Shown here one piece after another: positions 1 through 8,874 of a stretch of 41,325 nucleotides of DNA. Position 1 is the stretch's first letter, and every line of letters starts with the position of its first letter. Source of the stretch: a virus; IMG/VR virus record IMGVR_UViG_3300045988_032064, positions 1-41,325 of that record; one strand, given 5' to 3'. The translations under genes were made by a program, and so were the position numbers. The notes beneath the pieces were generated by a model. The model was not told the origin of the DNA and ran no database searches. It saw only the letters and a program-made list of their open reading frames with translations.

Positions 1-75
1 CATTTTGAAGCGTGGGAACGATGTAGAGATACGGCGCAAGGGCGGCGGGTATGTCGTCCTGGAAGTAAAAAAAAC
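1..75. repeat. 75-nt direct terminal repeat, identical to 41251..41325 (circular closure, terminal redundancy or assembly overlap)
   Basis: Compared by eye base for base: cattttgaagcgtgggaacg...ggaagtaaaaaaaac is present at both ends. Confidence 0.95.
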
Positions 76-100
76 AATCAAATATTCTACTCCAACATAA
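2..100 (+). CDS. 3' part of a 43-aa ORF that starts at 41219 and crosses the repeat junction; hypothetical
   Basis: The frame continues from ATG 41219 through the repeat to TAA 98-100. Product: MNPEIIKAIEAILKRGNDVEIRRKGGGYVVLEVKKTIKYSTPT. No family recognised. Confidence 0.45.
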   Translation: MLKRGNDVEIRRKGGGYVVLEVKKTIKYSTPT

Positions 101-123
101 TTGGGTGTTGGAAAGGGCAATTG

Positions 124-168
124 GAGCCGAGCAAGACGCAAAAATGCGGTTTGTTCGGCTCTTTTTTT
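124..168 (+). terminator. Rho-independent terminator
   Basis: 11-bp stem gagccgagcaa/ttgttcggctc (one G-U pair) followed by T7 at 162-168. Confidence 0.75.
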
Positions 169-251
169 GGTAAAACCCGCAAAAGAACAGCGGTTTTTAT
201 ATCACAGTCGCCCCCGAGGTATAGGGGCCGAAGAAAAGGAGACTGAAAAAA

Positions 252-866
252 ATGGCACTTACAAGAAAGCTTCTCAAAGGCATGGGTCTGACCGATGAAC
301 AGATCGACACCATCATCGAGGCCCACACCGACACCGTGAACGGCCTGAAAGACCAGATTTCCACGTACAAGGCCGACGCAGAAAAGCTTCCGGGCGTACA
401 GAAGGAATTGGACGACCTGAAAAAGGACAGCAGCGGCAACGACTACAAGGCCAAGTACGAAAAGGAGCACAAGGACTTCCAGGACTACAAGACCGGAATC
501 GAAGCCAAAGAGAGCGCAGCTGCCAAAGAAAAGGCGGCAAGAGCGTATTTCCAGGGAAAGGGCATTCCCGCAGAGAGCATGGCGCTGGTGATCCGGGGCG
601 CAAAGGCTGAAATTGACGGCCTGACGCTGGATGGGGAAACCATCAAGGACACCGCTGCTCTGGACGGACTGCTTTCCGGCGACTACAAGGGGCTGGTTGG
701 GAAAGTCAAAAAGAACGGAACCCAGACCCAGACACCGCCCGATACCACGGATGGAGTAAAGAGCCGGGCTGAAATCTACAAGAAGGATGATAAAGGCCGG
801 TATCTGCTGTCTACCGCAGAGCGGCAGGCTGCGCTTGCGGAAAGCTTAGCAAGCGAAAATGAATAA
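252..866 (+). CDS. Head scaffolding protein (GP20-like)
   Basis: SD ggag upstream. 204 aa, charged and helical. The N-terminus MALTRKLLKGMGLTDEQIDTIIEAH is typical of scaffold proteins. Sits directly upstream of the capsid gene. Confidence 0.75.
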   Translation: MALTRKLLKGMGLTDEQIDTIIEAHTDTVNGLKDQISTYKADAEKLPGVQKELDDLKKDSSGNDYKAKYEKEHKDFQDYKTGIEAKESAAAKEKAARAYFQGKGIPAESMALVIRGAKAEIDGLTLDGETIKDTAALDGLLSGDYKGLVGKVKKNGTQTQTPPDTTDGVKSRAEIYKKDDKGRYLLSTAERQAALAESLASENE

Positions 867-886
867 AATCGAAAGGAGCTGTTGAA

Positions 887-1786
887 ATGGCAGTAAAAAC
901 GAACGTAACTACAACTGCGCAGTACACGACTACCGCCCGAGAGGTGGATTTCGTGACCCGGTTCGACGACAACTGGGACGCACTGCGCACGATTTTGGGC
1001 ATTATGCGGCCTATCCGCAAAGCCCCTGGCACTAAGCTGGTATCCTATAAGGCCGAGGTGGACGGCGGCCTGAAAGGCGGTTCCACCGTAGCGGAAGGAG
1101 ACGAGATCCCATTCACCAAGATGAAGGTAGCCCCTGTTGCCTATGGTGACATTGAGGTTTCCAAGTATGCGAAGAGTGTGACCATTGAGGGCGTTGCCAA
1201 GTATGGCGCAGAGGTTGCCGTGGAAAAGACGGATGACGCTTTCTTGGTTGCCCTTCAGAACAAGATTCTGGGCGACTTCTATACCTTCCTGGCTACCGGT
1301 ACCCTGGCCCTGACCCCCAAGACTTGGCAACAGGCACTTGCACAGGCTAAGGGCAAGGTCCTTGCCAAATTCATGGGCATGGACAAGGACGTGACCGAGG
1401 TCGTTGGATTTGCCAACATCATGGATTTCTACGACTACCTGGGCGATAAGGAGATTACCACCCAGACCATGTTCGGCCTGACCTATGTCCAGAACTTCCT
1501 GGGCTACAGCACCCTGTTCCTGCTGCCCGATAAGTATGTCGCCGCCGGTAAGGTTATCGCTACACCTGTGGAAAACATCGACCTGTACTATGTAGACCCC
1601 AGCGATAGCGACTTTGCAAAGCTGGGCCTGAACTACACTGTGAAGGGCGAAACCAACCTGATCGGTGTTCATGTGGAGGGCGACTACAGCCGTGCTACCG
1701 GTGATATGTACGCCATCATGGGCATGAAGCTGTGGGCGGAATACCTGGACGGTATTGCTGTTGCCACCGTTACCCCGGGGGGTTAA
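887..1786 (+). CDS. Major capsid protein
   Basis: SD gaaaggag. 299 aa, positioned after the scaffold and before the neck genes. Confidence 0.75.
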   Translation: MAVKTNVTTTAQYTTTAREVDFVTRFDDNWDALRTILGIMRPIRKAPGTKLVSYKAEVDGGLKGGSTVAEGDEIPFTKMKVAPVAYGDIEVSKYAKSVTIEGVAKYGAEVAVEKTDDAFLVALQNKILGDFYTFLATGTLALTPKTWQQALAQAKGKVLAKFMGMDKDVTEVVGFANIMDFYDYLGDKEITTQTMFGLTYVQNFLGYSTLFLLPDKYVAAGKVIATPVENIDLYYVDPSDSDFAKLGLNYTVKGETNLIGVHVEGDYSRATGDMYAIMGMKLWAEYLDGIAVATVTPGG

Positions 1787-1839
1787 AAGCGGCCCTGACC
1801 ATTGATAACACCGCACCGGCAGCCGTGGACTTTGACGGC

Positions 1840-1992
1840 ATGACAAAAGCCCAGCTTTTGGAATACGCCAAGGAAAACGGCATTGCCGGAGTCAGTGCCG
1901 CAATGAACAAAGCGGATATTCTGGCCGCCGTGAAGGGCCAGCAGCCAAGGAAGGAGAAAGCGGAATGGAACAGAAACCCGAATCGGCGGTAA
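1840..1992 (+). CDS. Small HeH/Rho-N-like domain protein, or a frameshift extension of the capsid protein
   Basis: In-frame ATG inside track ORF 1732..1992. MTKAQLLEYAKENGIAGVSAAMNKADILAAV resembles a Rho-N/HeH motif. No SD upstream, unlike neighbouring genes. Confidence 0.4.
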   Translation: MTKAQLLEYAKENGIAGVSAAMNKADILAAVKGQQPRKEKAEWNRNPNRR

Positions 1993-2405
1993 GCCTCTAT
2001 GAAATCCTGCGATACCTCCACGACTTCTTCCCTGGCGACCGGTGGACCTGTGCGGATGAGCCTATCAAGGACGGGCACATCACCTTCCCTGGTTTGGAAG
2101 ACGGGGACATCTACCTGATTGAGGGGAGCCGCCGGAATGATGGACTCCATGTGTACGGTAACTGGGACCTGCGAGGCGAGTCCTTGACCGGGTATGTGAC
2201 CGAGTGCCGCATACCGCCGGAGCTGCTGGCCATGGCGGATGAAATTAGCGCTTGGCAGTCAAAGCACGCTGAGGAGCTGGAAAGCCCGTATCAGTCCGAA
2301 TCTTTAGGGGAGTATTCCTACGTCAAAGCGAGCGGAAGCACCGGCGAACCAACGAGCTGGAAGACGGTATTTGGTCCCCGGCTGCGGACATGGAGGAAGC
2401 TATGA
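1965..2405 (+). CDS. Putative head-tail connector/adaptor protein
   Basis: SD aaggag. 146 aa. Called from its position between the capsid and head-closure genes. Confidence 0.5.
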   Translation: MEQKPESAVSLYEILRYLHDFFPGDRWTCADEPIKDGHITFPGLEDGDIYLIEGSRRNDGLHVYGNWDLRGESLTGYVTECRIPPELLAMADEISAWQSKHAEELESPYQSESLGEYSYVKASGSTGEPTSWKTVFGPRLRTWRKL

Positions 2406-2755
2406 GTCTACTGGACAATTTTTTGAAATATAAATGCGTCCTGATGGAGAAGAAACGCACTCCTGATGGGGCTGGCGGCTGGATCACGGAATGGACGGAA
2501 GGGGCGGAATTTGAAGCTAATATCGTCCTGGACCAGTCCCTGCAGGCCAGAGTGGCCGAAAAAGAGGGTGTTACCTCTGTTTACACCGTGATCACCAGGC
2601 GGAGCACTGTCTTGGAATTCCATGACGTTTTCAAACGTTTGTCCGACGGCACGATTTTCCGGGCAACCAGCAATGGGGCTGATAAGCAGTCCCCCAAGAC
2701 TGGCACCCTGGATATGTGCCAGGTGACAGCGGAGAGATGGGAGCTGACCCAATGA
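2402..2755 (+). CDS. Putative head-closure / head-tail joining protein
   Basis: ATGA overlap with the upstream stop and SD ggagga. Residue pattern ...DGAGGWITEWTEGAEFEANI...VYTVITRR fits head-closure proteins. Confidence 0.55.
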   Translation: MSLLDNFLKYKCVLMEKKRTPDGAGGWITEWTEGAEFEANIVLDQSLQARVAEKEGVTSVYTVITRRSTVLEFHDVFKRLSDGTIFRATSNGADKQSPKTGTLDMCQVTAERWELTQ

Positions 2756-3114
2756 CAGCGGACAAGGCCCTCCATCAGTTTTTTAACAGCTTTGGTATTC
2801 CTGCCTTCCCGGAGACAGCTGTCCCGGATAAGCAGGAAATGCCATATATCACATACTCGTTCGCCACGGCTGGATTTGATGATCTGCCGGTTGGACTGGT
2901 GGTGAACATCTGGTACAAGACCGAATCCGAGGCAGTACCCACAGCGAAGGGGATGCAAATCGGGGACGCAATAGGCCGGGAGGGCTGTCTGGTCGATATT
3001 GACGGCGGCTATATCTGGCTTACAAAAGGCTCCCCATTTTTGCGGGCCGTGCCGGATGAGGATAACACCATCAAACGGCGGAGTTTAAATATCACCGCCG
3101 AATTTTTTGTATAG
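2752..3114 (+). CDS. Putative tail completion/terminator (neck) protein
   Basis: ATGA overlap at 2752. 120 aa, immediately before the major tail gene. Confidence 0.5.
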   Translation: MTADKALHQFFNSFGIPAFPETAVPDKQEMPYITYSFATAGFDDLPVGLVVNIWYKTESEAVPTAKGMQIGDAIGREGCLVDIDGGYIWLTKGSPFLRAVPDEDNTIKRRSLNITAEFFV

Positions 3115-3129
3115 GAGGGAAAAAACTAT

Positions 3130-3690
3130 ATGTTTACTCAGATTTCGTCTGAGGCTTTCAAAAATATTCAGCGTGGAGCGGGCATGATCCTGAACAAATT
3201 TGACCCCGCAAATCCTGCAAAGCCTGCGGACGCGGACATTGTGTGCGCCACCACCGGCGGCATTCAGGCCAGCTGCGTGGCGAACTACGTTGATGACGGC
3301 GAGGACATTGACAATGTGCCAAACAACACCAAGGAACTGAAGCAGCTGGAAAGCTGGGAGTGCAAAATGAGCTTCACGATGGTAACCATGACCGCCGCCG
3401 CACTGAAGCTGGCTCTTGGCGCTGCTACCGTCAGCGGAAACAAGATTGTTCCCAAGGCCGCACTGGAAAGCACTGATTTTACCGACACGCTGTGGTGGGT
3501 TGGCGACATGGGCGACGGCGGTCTGGCCGCTATCTGCCTGAAAAATGTGCTGTCTTCCGGCGGTTTCAGTTTGCAGACCACCAAGAACGGCAAGGGCCAG
3601 GTCAGCGTGGAGCTGCTGGGCCATGTTTCCATTTCCGCACTGGACGAAGTTCCCATGGAATTCTATGTGCAGGAAAACATTGCAGCGTAA
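3130..3690 (+). CDS. Major tail protein
   Basis: SD aggaggg. 186 aa, directly upstream of the chaperone pair and the tape measure. Confidence 0.7.
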   Translation: MFTQISSEAFKNIQRGAGMILNKFDPANPAKPADADIVCATTGGIQASCVANYVDDGEDIDNVPNNTKELKQLESWECKMSFTMVTMTAAALKLALGAATVSGNKIVPKAALESTDFTDTLWWVGDMGDGGLAAICLKNVLSSGGFSLQTTKNGKGQVSVELLGHVSISALDEVPMEFYVQENIAA

Positions 3691-3702
3691 AGGAGAAAAG
3701 AC

Positions 3703-4041
3703 ATGAAATTTCTGTTTGATTTGCCCAATGAGCAGCTGCTACCCGCAACTTGCGACCTTGCCGACGCTGTGGAGCAGCTTGTCAAGGTAAGCAATATTAT
3801 GGCGCTGCGTACTCCCGTTGCAGATGGAGAAAACAAGGAAACTGTTGCAAAGCGGAATTTTAAAAAAATTTATTTCCGGCTTTGCAAAGAATACCCCAAG
3901 GAGACCGGCGCTGTGCTGGATAGGTTGTGGGTGCTGGAAGATGGCGAGAAAGCGCCGAACGCCATTGTGACGGCAAGTATTGTGCTGTTACGCAAGGACG
4001 TTATCAGTTTTTTTACATCGTTGCTTCAGCTGGCGCAGTAA
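3703..4041 (+). CDS. Tail assembly chaperone (G-like)
   Basis: SD aaaggag. 112 aa, between the major tail gene and the tape measure. A slippery site lies near its 3' end. Confidence 0.75.
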   Translation: MKFLFDLPNEQLLPATCDLADAVEQLVKVSNIMALRTPVADGENKETVAKRNFKKIYFRLCKEYPKETGAVLDRLWVLEDGEKAPNAIVTASIVLLRKDVISFFTSLLQLAQ

Positions 4042-4355
4042 GTTACCGGCGGGCGCTGTTTTCGATTCCTCCTGCGTGGTTCCCGATATGCGAATTTCGG
4101 CACATTTTGGCAAAAATCACAGATGAAATAAATCTGGAAAATCAGCGAAAGACCATCATTTGCTATTTTGCAGATGCCATTATGAGCATATCCAAGAATA
4201 CAGCAATGGTTGTGAATGGCGAATATGTGCAGACACGGTTGGCGGACCTTTTGGAACCTCCTGACAACGATAAACGGAGTGCGGAGGAGATCATTGAGGA
4301 TATAAGCGAAAAGCTGGAAAAGATTGGTGGTGAAGACAATAGCAGGTTTACTTGA
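3703..4355 (+). CDS. Tail assembly chaperone -1 frameshift fusion (GT-like)
   Basis: A -1 slip at T TTT TTT (4008-4014) joins frame 1 to the frame-0 ORF that stays open to 4355. The downstream ORF has no start codon or SD of its own. Confidence 0.65.
4008..4014 (+). promoter_or_regulatory. Slippery heptamer T TTT TTT for -1 programmed frameshifting
   Basis: The zero frame reads agT TTT TTT aca. The -1 frame continues ...FFYIVASAGAVSYRR... Confidence 0.65.
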
Positions 4356-6081
4356 TCTGTTTGTGCAAATCAGTGTAGACGATAAGGCGAGCAACAAAAT
4401 CGGGAATATCAGCAAAAAGGCAACAACTGCTTTTAGCAAGATTGGGGCTGCCGCCGGGGCCGGAATGAAACTTGCCGCAAAAGGCGCAACTGTTGCCGCT
4501 GGTGCTATTGCTACTCTGTCCACAATGGCCGTCAAAACCTATTCGAATTATGAGCAGCTTGTTGGCGGCGTAAAAACATTGTTTGGTGCCGGCGAACAAT
4601 CGTTTAACCAGTTTGCAAAAGCGTCCGGATTGCCTGTAAAGGAAGCAACGGCACAATACTCTCAAATGATGGCAGCTCAAAAAGCGGTAATGGAAAATGC
4701 AGACGAAGCGTATAAAAACGCCGGACTATCTGCAAATGACTACATGGAGACCGTTACCGGATTTGCGGCAGCCTTAAATAGCAGTTTGGGCGGAAATACT
4801 CTGAAATCCGCACAATATGCGGATATGGCCGTGAAAGACATGGCGGACAACTCAAACAAGATGGGCAGCAGCATGGAAAGTATTCAAAATGCCTATCAGG
4901 GGTTCGCCAAGCAAAACTATACCATGTTGGACAACCTGAAACTTGGCTACGGCGGCACAAAAACCGAAATGGAACGGCTGCTGGCTGAGGCAAGCAAAAT
5001 TTCCGGGAAGAAATTTGACTTATCGTCTTACGCTGATGTTGTTGAGGCAATCCACACCATTCAGACCGAGATGGGCATCACCGGGACTACGGCAGAGGAA
5101 GCCGAGCATACCATTTCCGGATCTGTGAACGCCATGAAAGCGGCATGGACAAACTGGTTGACAGGGCTAGGTAACAGCAAAGCCGACATTGGCAAATTAA
5201 CGACGCAGCTAATTGATTCCGCAAAGACTGTACTTGCAAATGTAATGCCTGTGGTTAGGCAAGTGCTTACCACACTGGGCGACGTTATCAGTAACGACGC
5301 ACCTGCAATCATCGAAGAAGGGCTTTCATATATTTTGGATGCTGCACCGCAATTGTTAGAGATGGGTGGGCAACTGATTTCTTCACTTGTCGATGGAATA
5401 ATTGCAAATTTGCCGCAAATCCTTAGTGCTGCAACGCAGCTGATAACCATGCTTTGTAACGGTATTATGGAATCTGCATCACAGATACCAGAAGCAGTTA
5501 CAGAGATTATCACGCAGCTGGTTAATTTCATTGTTGCAAATGCACCGCAATTGTTGGTGGCTGGTGTTACACTTGTCCTATCATTAATACAGGGACTAGT
5601 CAAAGCTATTCCAGATATTATACAAGCTATTCCGCAGCTTATTGACGGAATTGTGTCTGCCTTTGATAATGCTTCGTCTCAGATTTTGGGTATTGGTAGA
5701 CAAATTGTGCAAGATATTATAGATGGTATATCAAGCGCATGGGATGGCCTTGTAAGTTGGTTTAACGGTTTGTGGGATAGCCTGTTCGGCGGGAGGTCTG
5801 TAAGTGTTGGCGTAAGCTATGAAGATGGAAGTCACAGCGGGATTGGCGGACATTATGCAATCGGTACGGACTATGTCCCCTACAACGGGATGCCCGCTAT
5901 CCTACACCGAGGAGAAGCAATCCTGAACGCCCCCGAGGCTGAGGATTGGCGCAGAGGCCGGGGGCGTGGCAACAGCCAGGGGATCACCATTGTGCAGAAT
6001 ATCCAGTCCGTGCCACAGACTCCTATCCAGCTGGCGGCGGCAACACAGGCCATGTTTGAACAAGCGAGGTGGGCACTGTAA
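4324..6081 (+). CDS. Tape measure protein
   Basis: 585 aa, Ala/Gly-rich and helical, in the canonical position after the chaperone pair. The start is ambiguous (TTG 4324 or GTG 4327/4330). Confidence 0.85.
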   Translation: MVVKTIAGLLDLFVQISVDDKASNKIGNISKKATTAFSKIGAAAGAGMKLAAKGATVAAGAIATLSTMAVKTYSNYEQLVGGVKTLFGAGEQSFNQFAKASGLPVKEATAQYSQMMAAQKAVMENADEAYKNAGLSANDYMETVTGFAAALNSSLGGNTLKSAQYADMAVKDMADNSNKMGSSMESIQNAYQGFAKQNYTMLDNLKLGYGGTKTEMERLLAEASKISGKKFDLSSYADVVEAIHTIQTEMGITGTTAEEAEHTISGSVNAMKAAWTNWLTGLGNSKADIGKLTTQLIDSAKTVLANVMPVVRQVLTTLGDVISNDAPAIIEEGLSYILDAAPQLLEMGGQLISSLVDGIIANLPQILSAATQLITMLCNGIMESASQIPEAVTEIITQLVNFIVANAPQLLVAGVTLVLSLIQGLVKAIPDIIQAIPQLIDGIVSAFDNASSQILGIGRQIVQDIIDGISSAWDGLVSWFNGLWDSLFGGRSVSVGVSYEDGSHSGIGGHYAIGTDYVPYNGMPAILHRGEAILNAPEAEDWRRGRGRGNSQGITIVQNIQSVPQTPIQLAAATQAMFEQARWAL

Positions 6082-6935
6082 TGGCACTCAACAATCTTTT
6101 GAAAACATTTGTTTATAAAAATGATGACGGCGCAGCCATTACCCTCACCTATGATGGGGGCTACCTCATCAGCAAGCCCGTGGGCATTGATACCGTAAGC
6201 GTTACCATCAGCGAGGCTCAGGGCATCGGGCAGACCGGGACTACCATCCGATCTGCCAATGTGGACAGCCGCCCGGTGACCATTTCCGGCATAATCGTTG
6301 GAGACAGCCAGCCAGAGAAAAAGGAGCGGCTTATGGAGGTTGTCCGGCCTGACCTGGGCGGAAAGCTCTTTTGTGATGACTACTACCTGGAGGTCCACCC
6401 TACCGGCACGCCAACCATCGAAGCCAAGCCACGGCAGGCGAAATTCCAGTTTGCGCTCCTGGCCCCATATCCCTACTGGATGAAGGGTGAGAATGCCTAT
6501 GCCGCCCTGAGCGGCGTAGAGAAGCGGTTTAAATTCCCGTGGAATATCAGCAGGCCTTACCGGTTTGGCGAGGTGGTTACACGGCAGTTTATCACCATCC
6601 ACAACTCTGGACAGCTGGAAGTCCCGTTTACGGTTACTTTCACAGCCCTGGACGCTGTAACGAACCCGAAAATTATCGATGCCAAGACCAACAACTACCT
6701 GTTGGTGAAAAAGAGCATGGTAGCCGGTGAGCGGCTTGTGGTGGAAATCACCCACGACCGGGTATATGTCACATCCTCTGCGGATGGAGAGTGCCGTGGT
6801 GCTTTGGACATCAAATCCAAGTTCTACCGGCTGAGAGTTGGCGACAACGTCATCAAACCAGAAGCGGACAGCGGGAAAAATAATCTGAGCGTATCTATCG
6901 ACTACGCCATTGAAAAAACAGGAGTTGTGCTATGA
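6081..6935 (+). CDS. Distal tail protein (Dit-like)
   Basis: TAATG overlap with the tape measure stop, SD gaggtggg. Position immediately after the tape measure. Confidence 0.65.
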   Translation: MALNNLLKTFVYKNDDGAAITLTYDGGYLISKPVGIDTVSVTISEAQGIGQTGTTIRSANVDSRPVTISGIIVGDSQPEKKERLMEVVRPDLGGKLFCDDYYLEVHPTGTPTIEAKPRQAKFQFALLAPYPYWMKGENAYAALSGVEKRFKFPWNISRPYRFGEVVTRQFITIHNSGQLEVPFTVTFTALDAVTNPKIIDAKTNNYLLVKKSMVAGERLVVEITHDRVYVTSSADGECRGALDIKSKFYRLRVGDNVIKPEADSGKNNLSVSIDYAIEKTGVVL

Positions 6936-7993
6936 GCCTGGAAATCTACCCTGCGAACCTGCCCACCAGATATGGCCTGTATGCCGTTACCGCTATCACC
7001 ATGAGCGAGAACTATAACGATGTGGGTAAAATCTCCATCGTTGTTGCGCTGGACGACTACGCTATTACCGCCTTAAAGCCAGGAAATATCGTGTATAACA
7101 CGGACCGGGGGACCACCTATATCCTGGTAAACGTAAAGAGCGACACCACAAAGCGTCTAATAACCGCCAACGGATACACCTCCGATTGGTTGCTGAACAA
7201 GCGAGTTGTGGCGGAAAAGCGGCAAATCGTCAACATTGAGGCCGACACCTACGACCTGATCACCAAGAATCTCAGGGGCCTGAGCCGCATCGACTTAGCC
7301 CCGGTGAAAGGGTTGGCGGAGACCTTCCAGAAGGACGACCCGGAGACCGAGGACGAAGACGAAAGCGTTATCAACGGCGGCCAGCTGCTGGACCGGGTGA
7401 CGGAGGTTTTGGACTACGGAAAGCTTGGGCGGCGGATGCTGTGGGACACAGAAAAGCTGAGGTGGACCTTTGAGATATTCAAGGGCGTAGACCGCACCGA
7501 TGGTATCCATGCCGTTGCTTTCGTGGAGGAGCAAGGCACCTGTACAGACCTGGTTATCAACGAGGACGATTCTACCTTTAAAAACTACGCCTGGATAGAG
7601 TACAAGCACAACGATATAACCTACAAAACCCAGGTTGGTACAGCCAAAGGTGACGACCGGCGGGAGGTGTGGATCGGCACATCTGTGATTGCAGAGCAAA
7701 ATGAATCCCGAAAAGCCGTTAAGAAGCGGGCCGAGGAACAGGCGGCGCTTGACCTGGGCAAGTATTTAAAGCGTACAAGCTTCACGGTGACCATCGATCC
7801 GGAGGAATTTGGTGTGCGATACGACATCGGAGACACGGTTTCCTGCGTGTCTAACCGGTTCGGCGTATCCTTCCAGGCCCAGGTGACCGGCTACTCTTAC
7901 AAACTGGATAGCAACGGCGAGACCACCAGCATTGTGCTGGGCGAACCGACTTTGACGGCGATTGACGAGGTGATTTTGAAACATGGAAATTAA
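6932..7993 (+). CDS. Tail tip / Tal-position protein (Gp37-like)
   Basis: ATGA overlap, 353 aa. Position after Dit. The N-terminus is reminiscent of the siphovirus Gp37-like family (from memory). Confidence 0.55.
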   Translation: MSLEIYPANLPTRYGLYAVTAITMSENYNDVGKISIVVALDDYAITALKPGNIVYNTDRGTTYILVNVKSDTTKRLITANGYTSDWLLNKRVVAEKRQIVNIEADTYDLITKNLRGLSRIDLAPVKGLAETFQKDDPETEDEDESVINGGQLLDRVTEVLDYGKLGRRMLWDTEKLRWTFEIFKGVDRTDGIHAVAFVEEQGTCTDLVINEDDSTFKNYAWIEYKHNDITYKTQVGTAKGDDRREVWIGTSVIAEQNESRKAVKKRAEEQAALDLGKYLKRTSFTVTIDPEEFGVRYDIGDTVSCVSNRFGVSFQAQVTGYSYKLDSNGETTSIVLGEPTLTAIDEVILKHGN

Positions 7994-8867
7994 GAGCTTT
8001 CCGAACAACAAAGACGAATACCAGGGCGCTCAGGACGTTATGCGCTGGCTGCATGGGCGTACTTCCGGCGTGTTTGGGGCGGAGAATAATGCCGCTGTGA
8101 AGTCCGCCGGGGGCATGGTTGTAAGCGTCACCGACGGTGTGGGCTGGATCACCAATGCCGATGCCGACGGCGTGGTTTGGTGGAACAGTACTCAGAAGGA
8201 CAGCGGCAACCCCATAAAACTGAGCCTGTCCCCTGCTGATTCCGCCCTGGACCGGATAGACCGGATCATCGTGGAATGGAAAACCACCGGATACGCCGAC
8301 CTACCGGAAATCAAGGTACTTGCGGGTACATCCGCCATTACCGCCGTCCCCCCTGCCCTGACCAACAGCGACGCTTTGCGGCAGCTGAGCTTGGCAAGGG
8401 TTAGCATCAAGGCAGGTGCTACCAGCATCACCGCCGCTGATATCACAGACGAGCGGCTGGACCCAACCGTCTGTGGGCTGGTGACGGAGCAGGTGAAGAT
8501 TGATACAAGCGCGATGCAAGAGCAGTTTGAGGGGCTGCTATCCTCCATCCAGCAGCAGTTGGAGGAACTGCAAGGGGGTACCGCCGTTGAGCTGAAAAAG
8601 CTGCTGTTTAAAAACACCACCGTACCCGTATCCGCATTTTTGGAAAACAGCACCTACGACGCAGAAGGTTTCCCCTATCGGGCCGCCGTGGCCCTGGAAG
8701 GGGTGAATGCCTCAATGATTCCTGAGGTGGTGTACAGTGTAAAGGCCGCCGCAAATACAGATTTTGCGCCTGTGGCGGAGAGCTATAACGGCGGTATCTA
8801 CATCTATGCTGGGTCTCAGCCGGAGGAAGCTGTTGATATCCCGACAATCATCTGCTGGAAGGGGTAA
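7983..8867 (+). CDS. Putative baseplate/tail fibre protein
   Basis: 294 aa. Motif RIDRIIVEW...ITDERLDPTVCGLV followed by a coiled coil, as seen in many fibre N-terminal modules. Confidence 0.5.
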   Translation: MEIKSFPNNKDEYQGAQDVMRWLHGRTSGVFGAENNAAVKSAGGMVVSVTDGVGWITNADADGVVWWNSTQKDSGNPIKLSLSPADSALDRIDRIIVEWKTTGYADLPEIKVLAGTSAITAVPPALTNSDALRQLSLARVSIKAGATSITAADITDERLDPTVCGLVTEQVKIDTSAMQEQFEGLLSSIQQQLEELQGGTAVELKKLLFKNTTVPVSAFLENSTYDAEGFPYRAAVALEGVNASMIPEVVYSVKAAANTDFAPVAESYNGGIYIYAGSQPEEAVDIPTIICWKG

Positions 8868-8874
8868 TGGAATA

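Noticed and set aside
776-1846. 356-aa - strand ORF antisense to the scaffold and capsid genes. Similar long antisense ORFs lie at 5880..6755, 10355..11200, 13023..13709, 25390..26094 and 38080..38766
   Set aside because: They lack SD sites and have R/G/P/H/L-heavy, low-information translations. Each lies entirely opposite a well-supported + strand gene with recognisable motifs. Long open antisense frames are expected in GC-rich coding DNA.
3927-4355. Track ORF that could be called as an independent 142-aa gene
   Set aside because: There is no SD and its ATG lies inside the chaperone gene. It is better explained as the -1 frameshift extension entered at 4008-4014.
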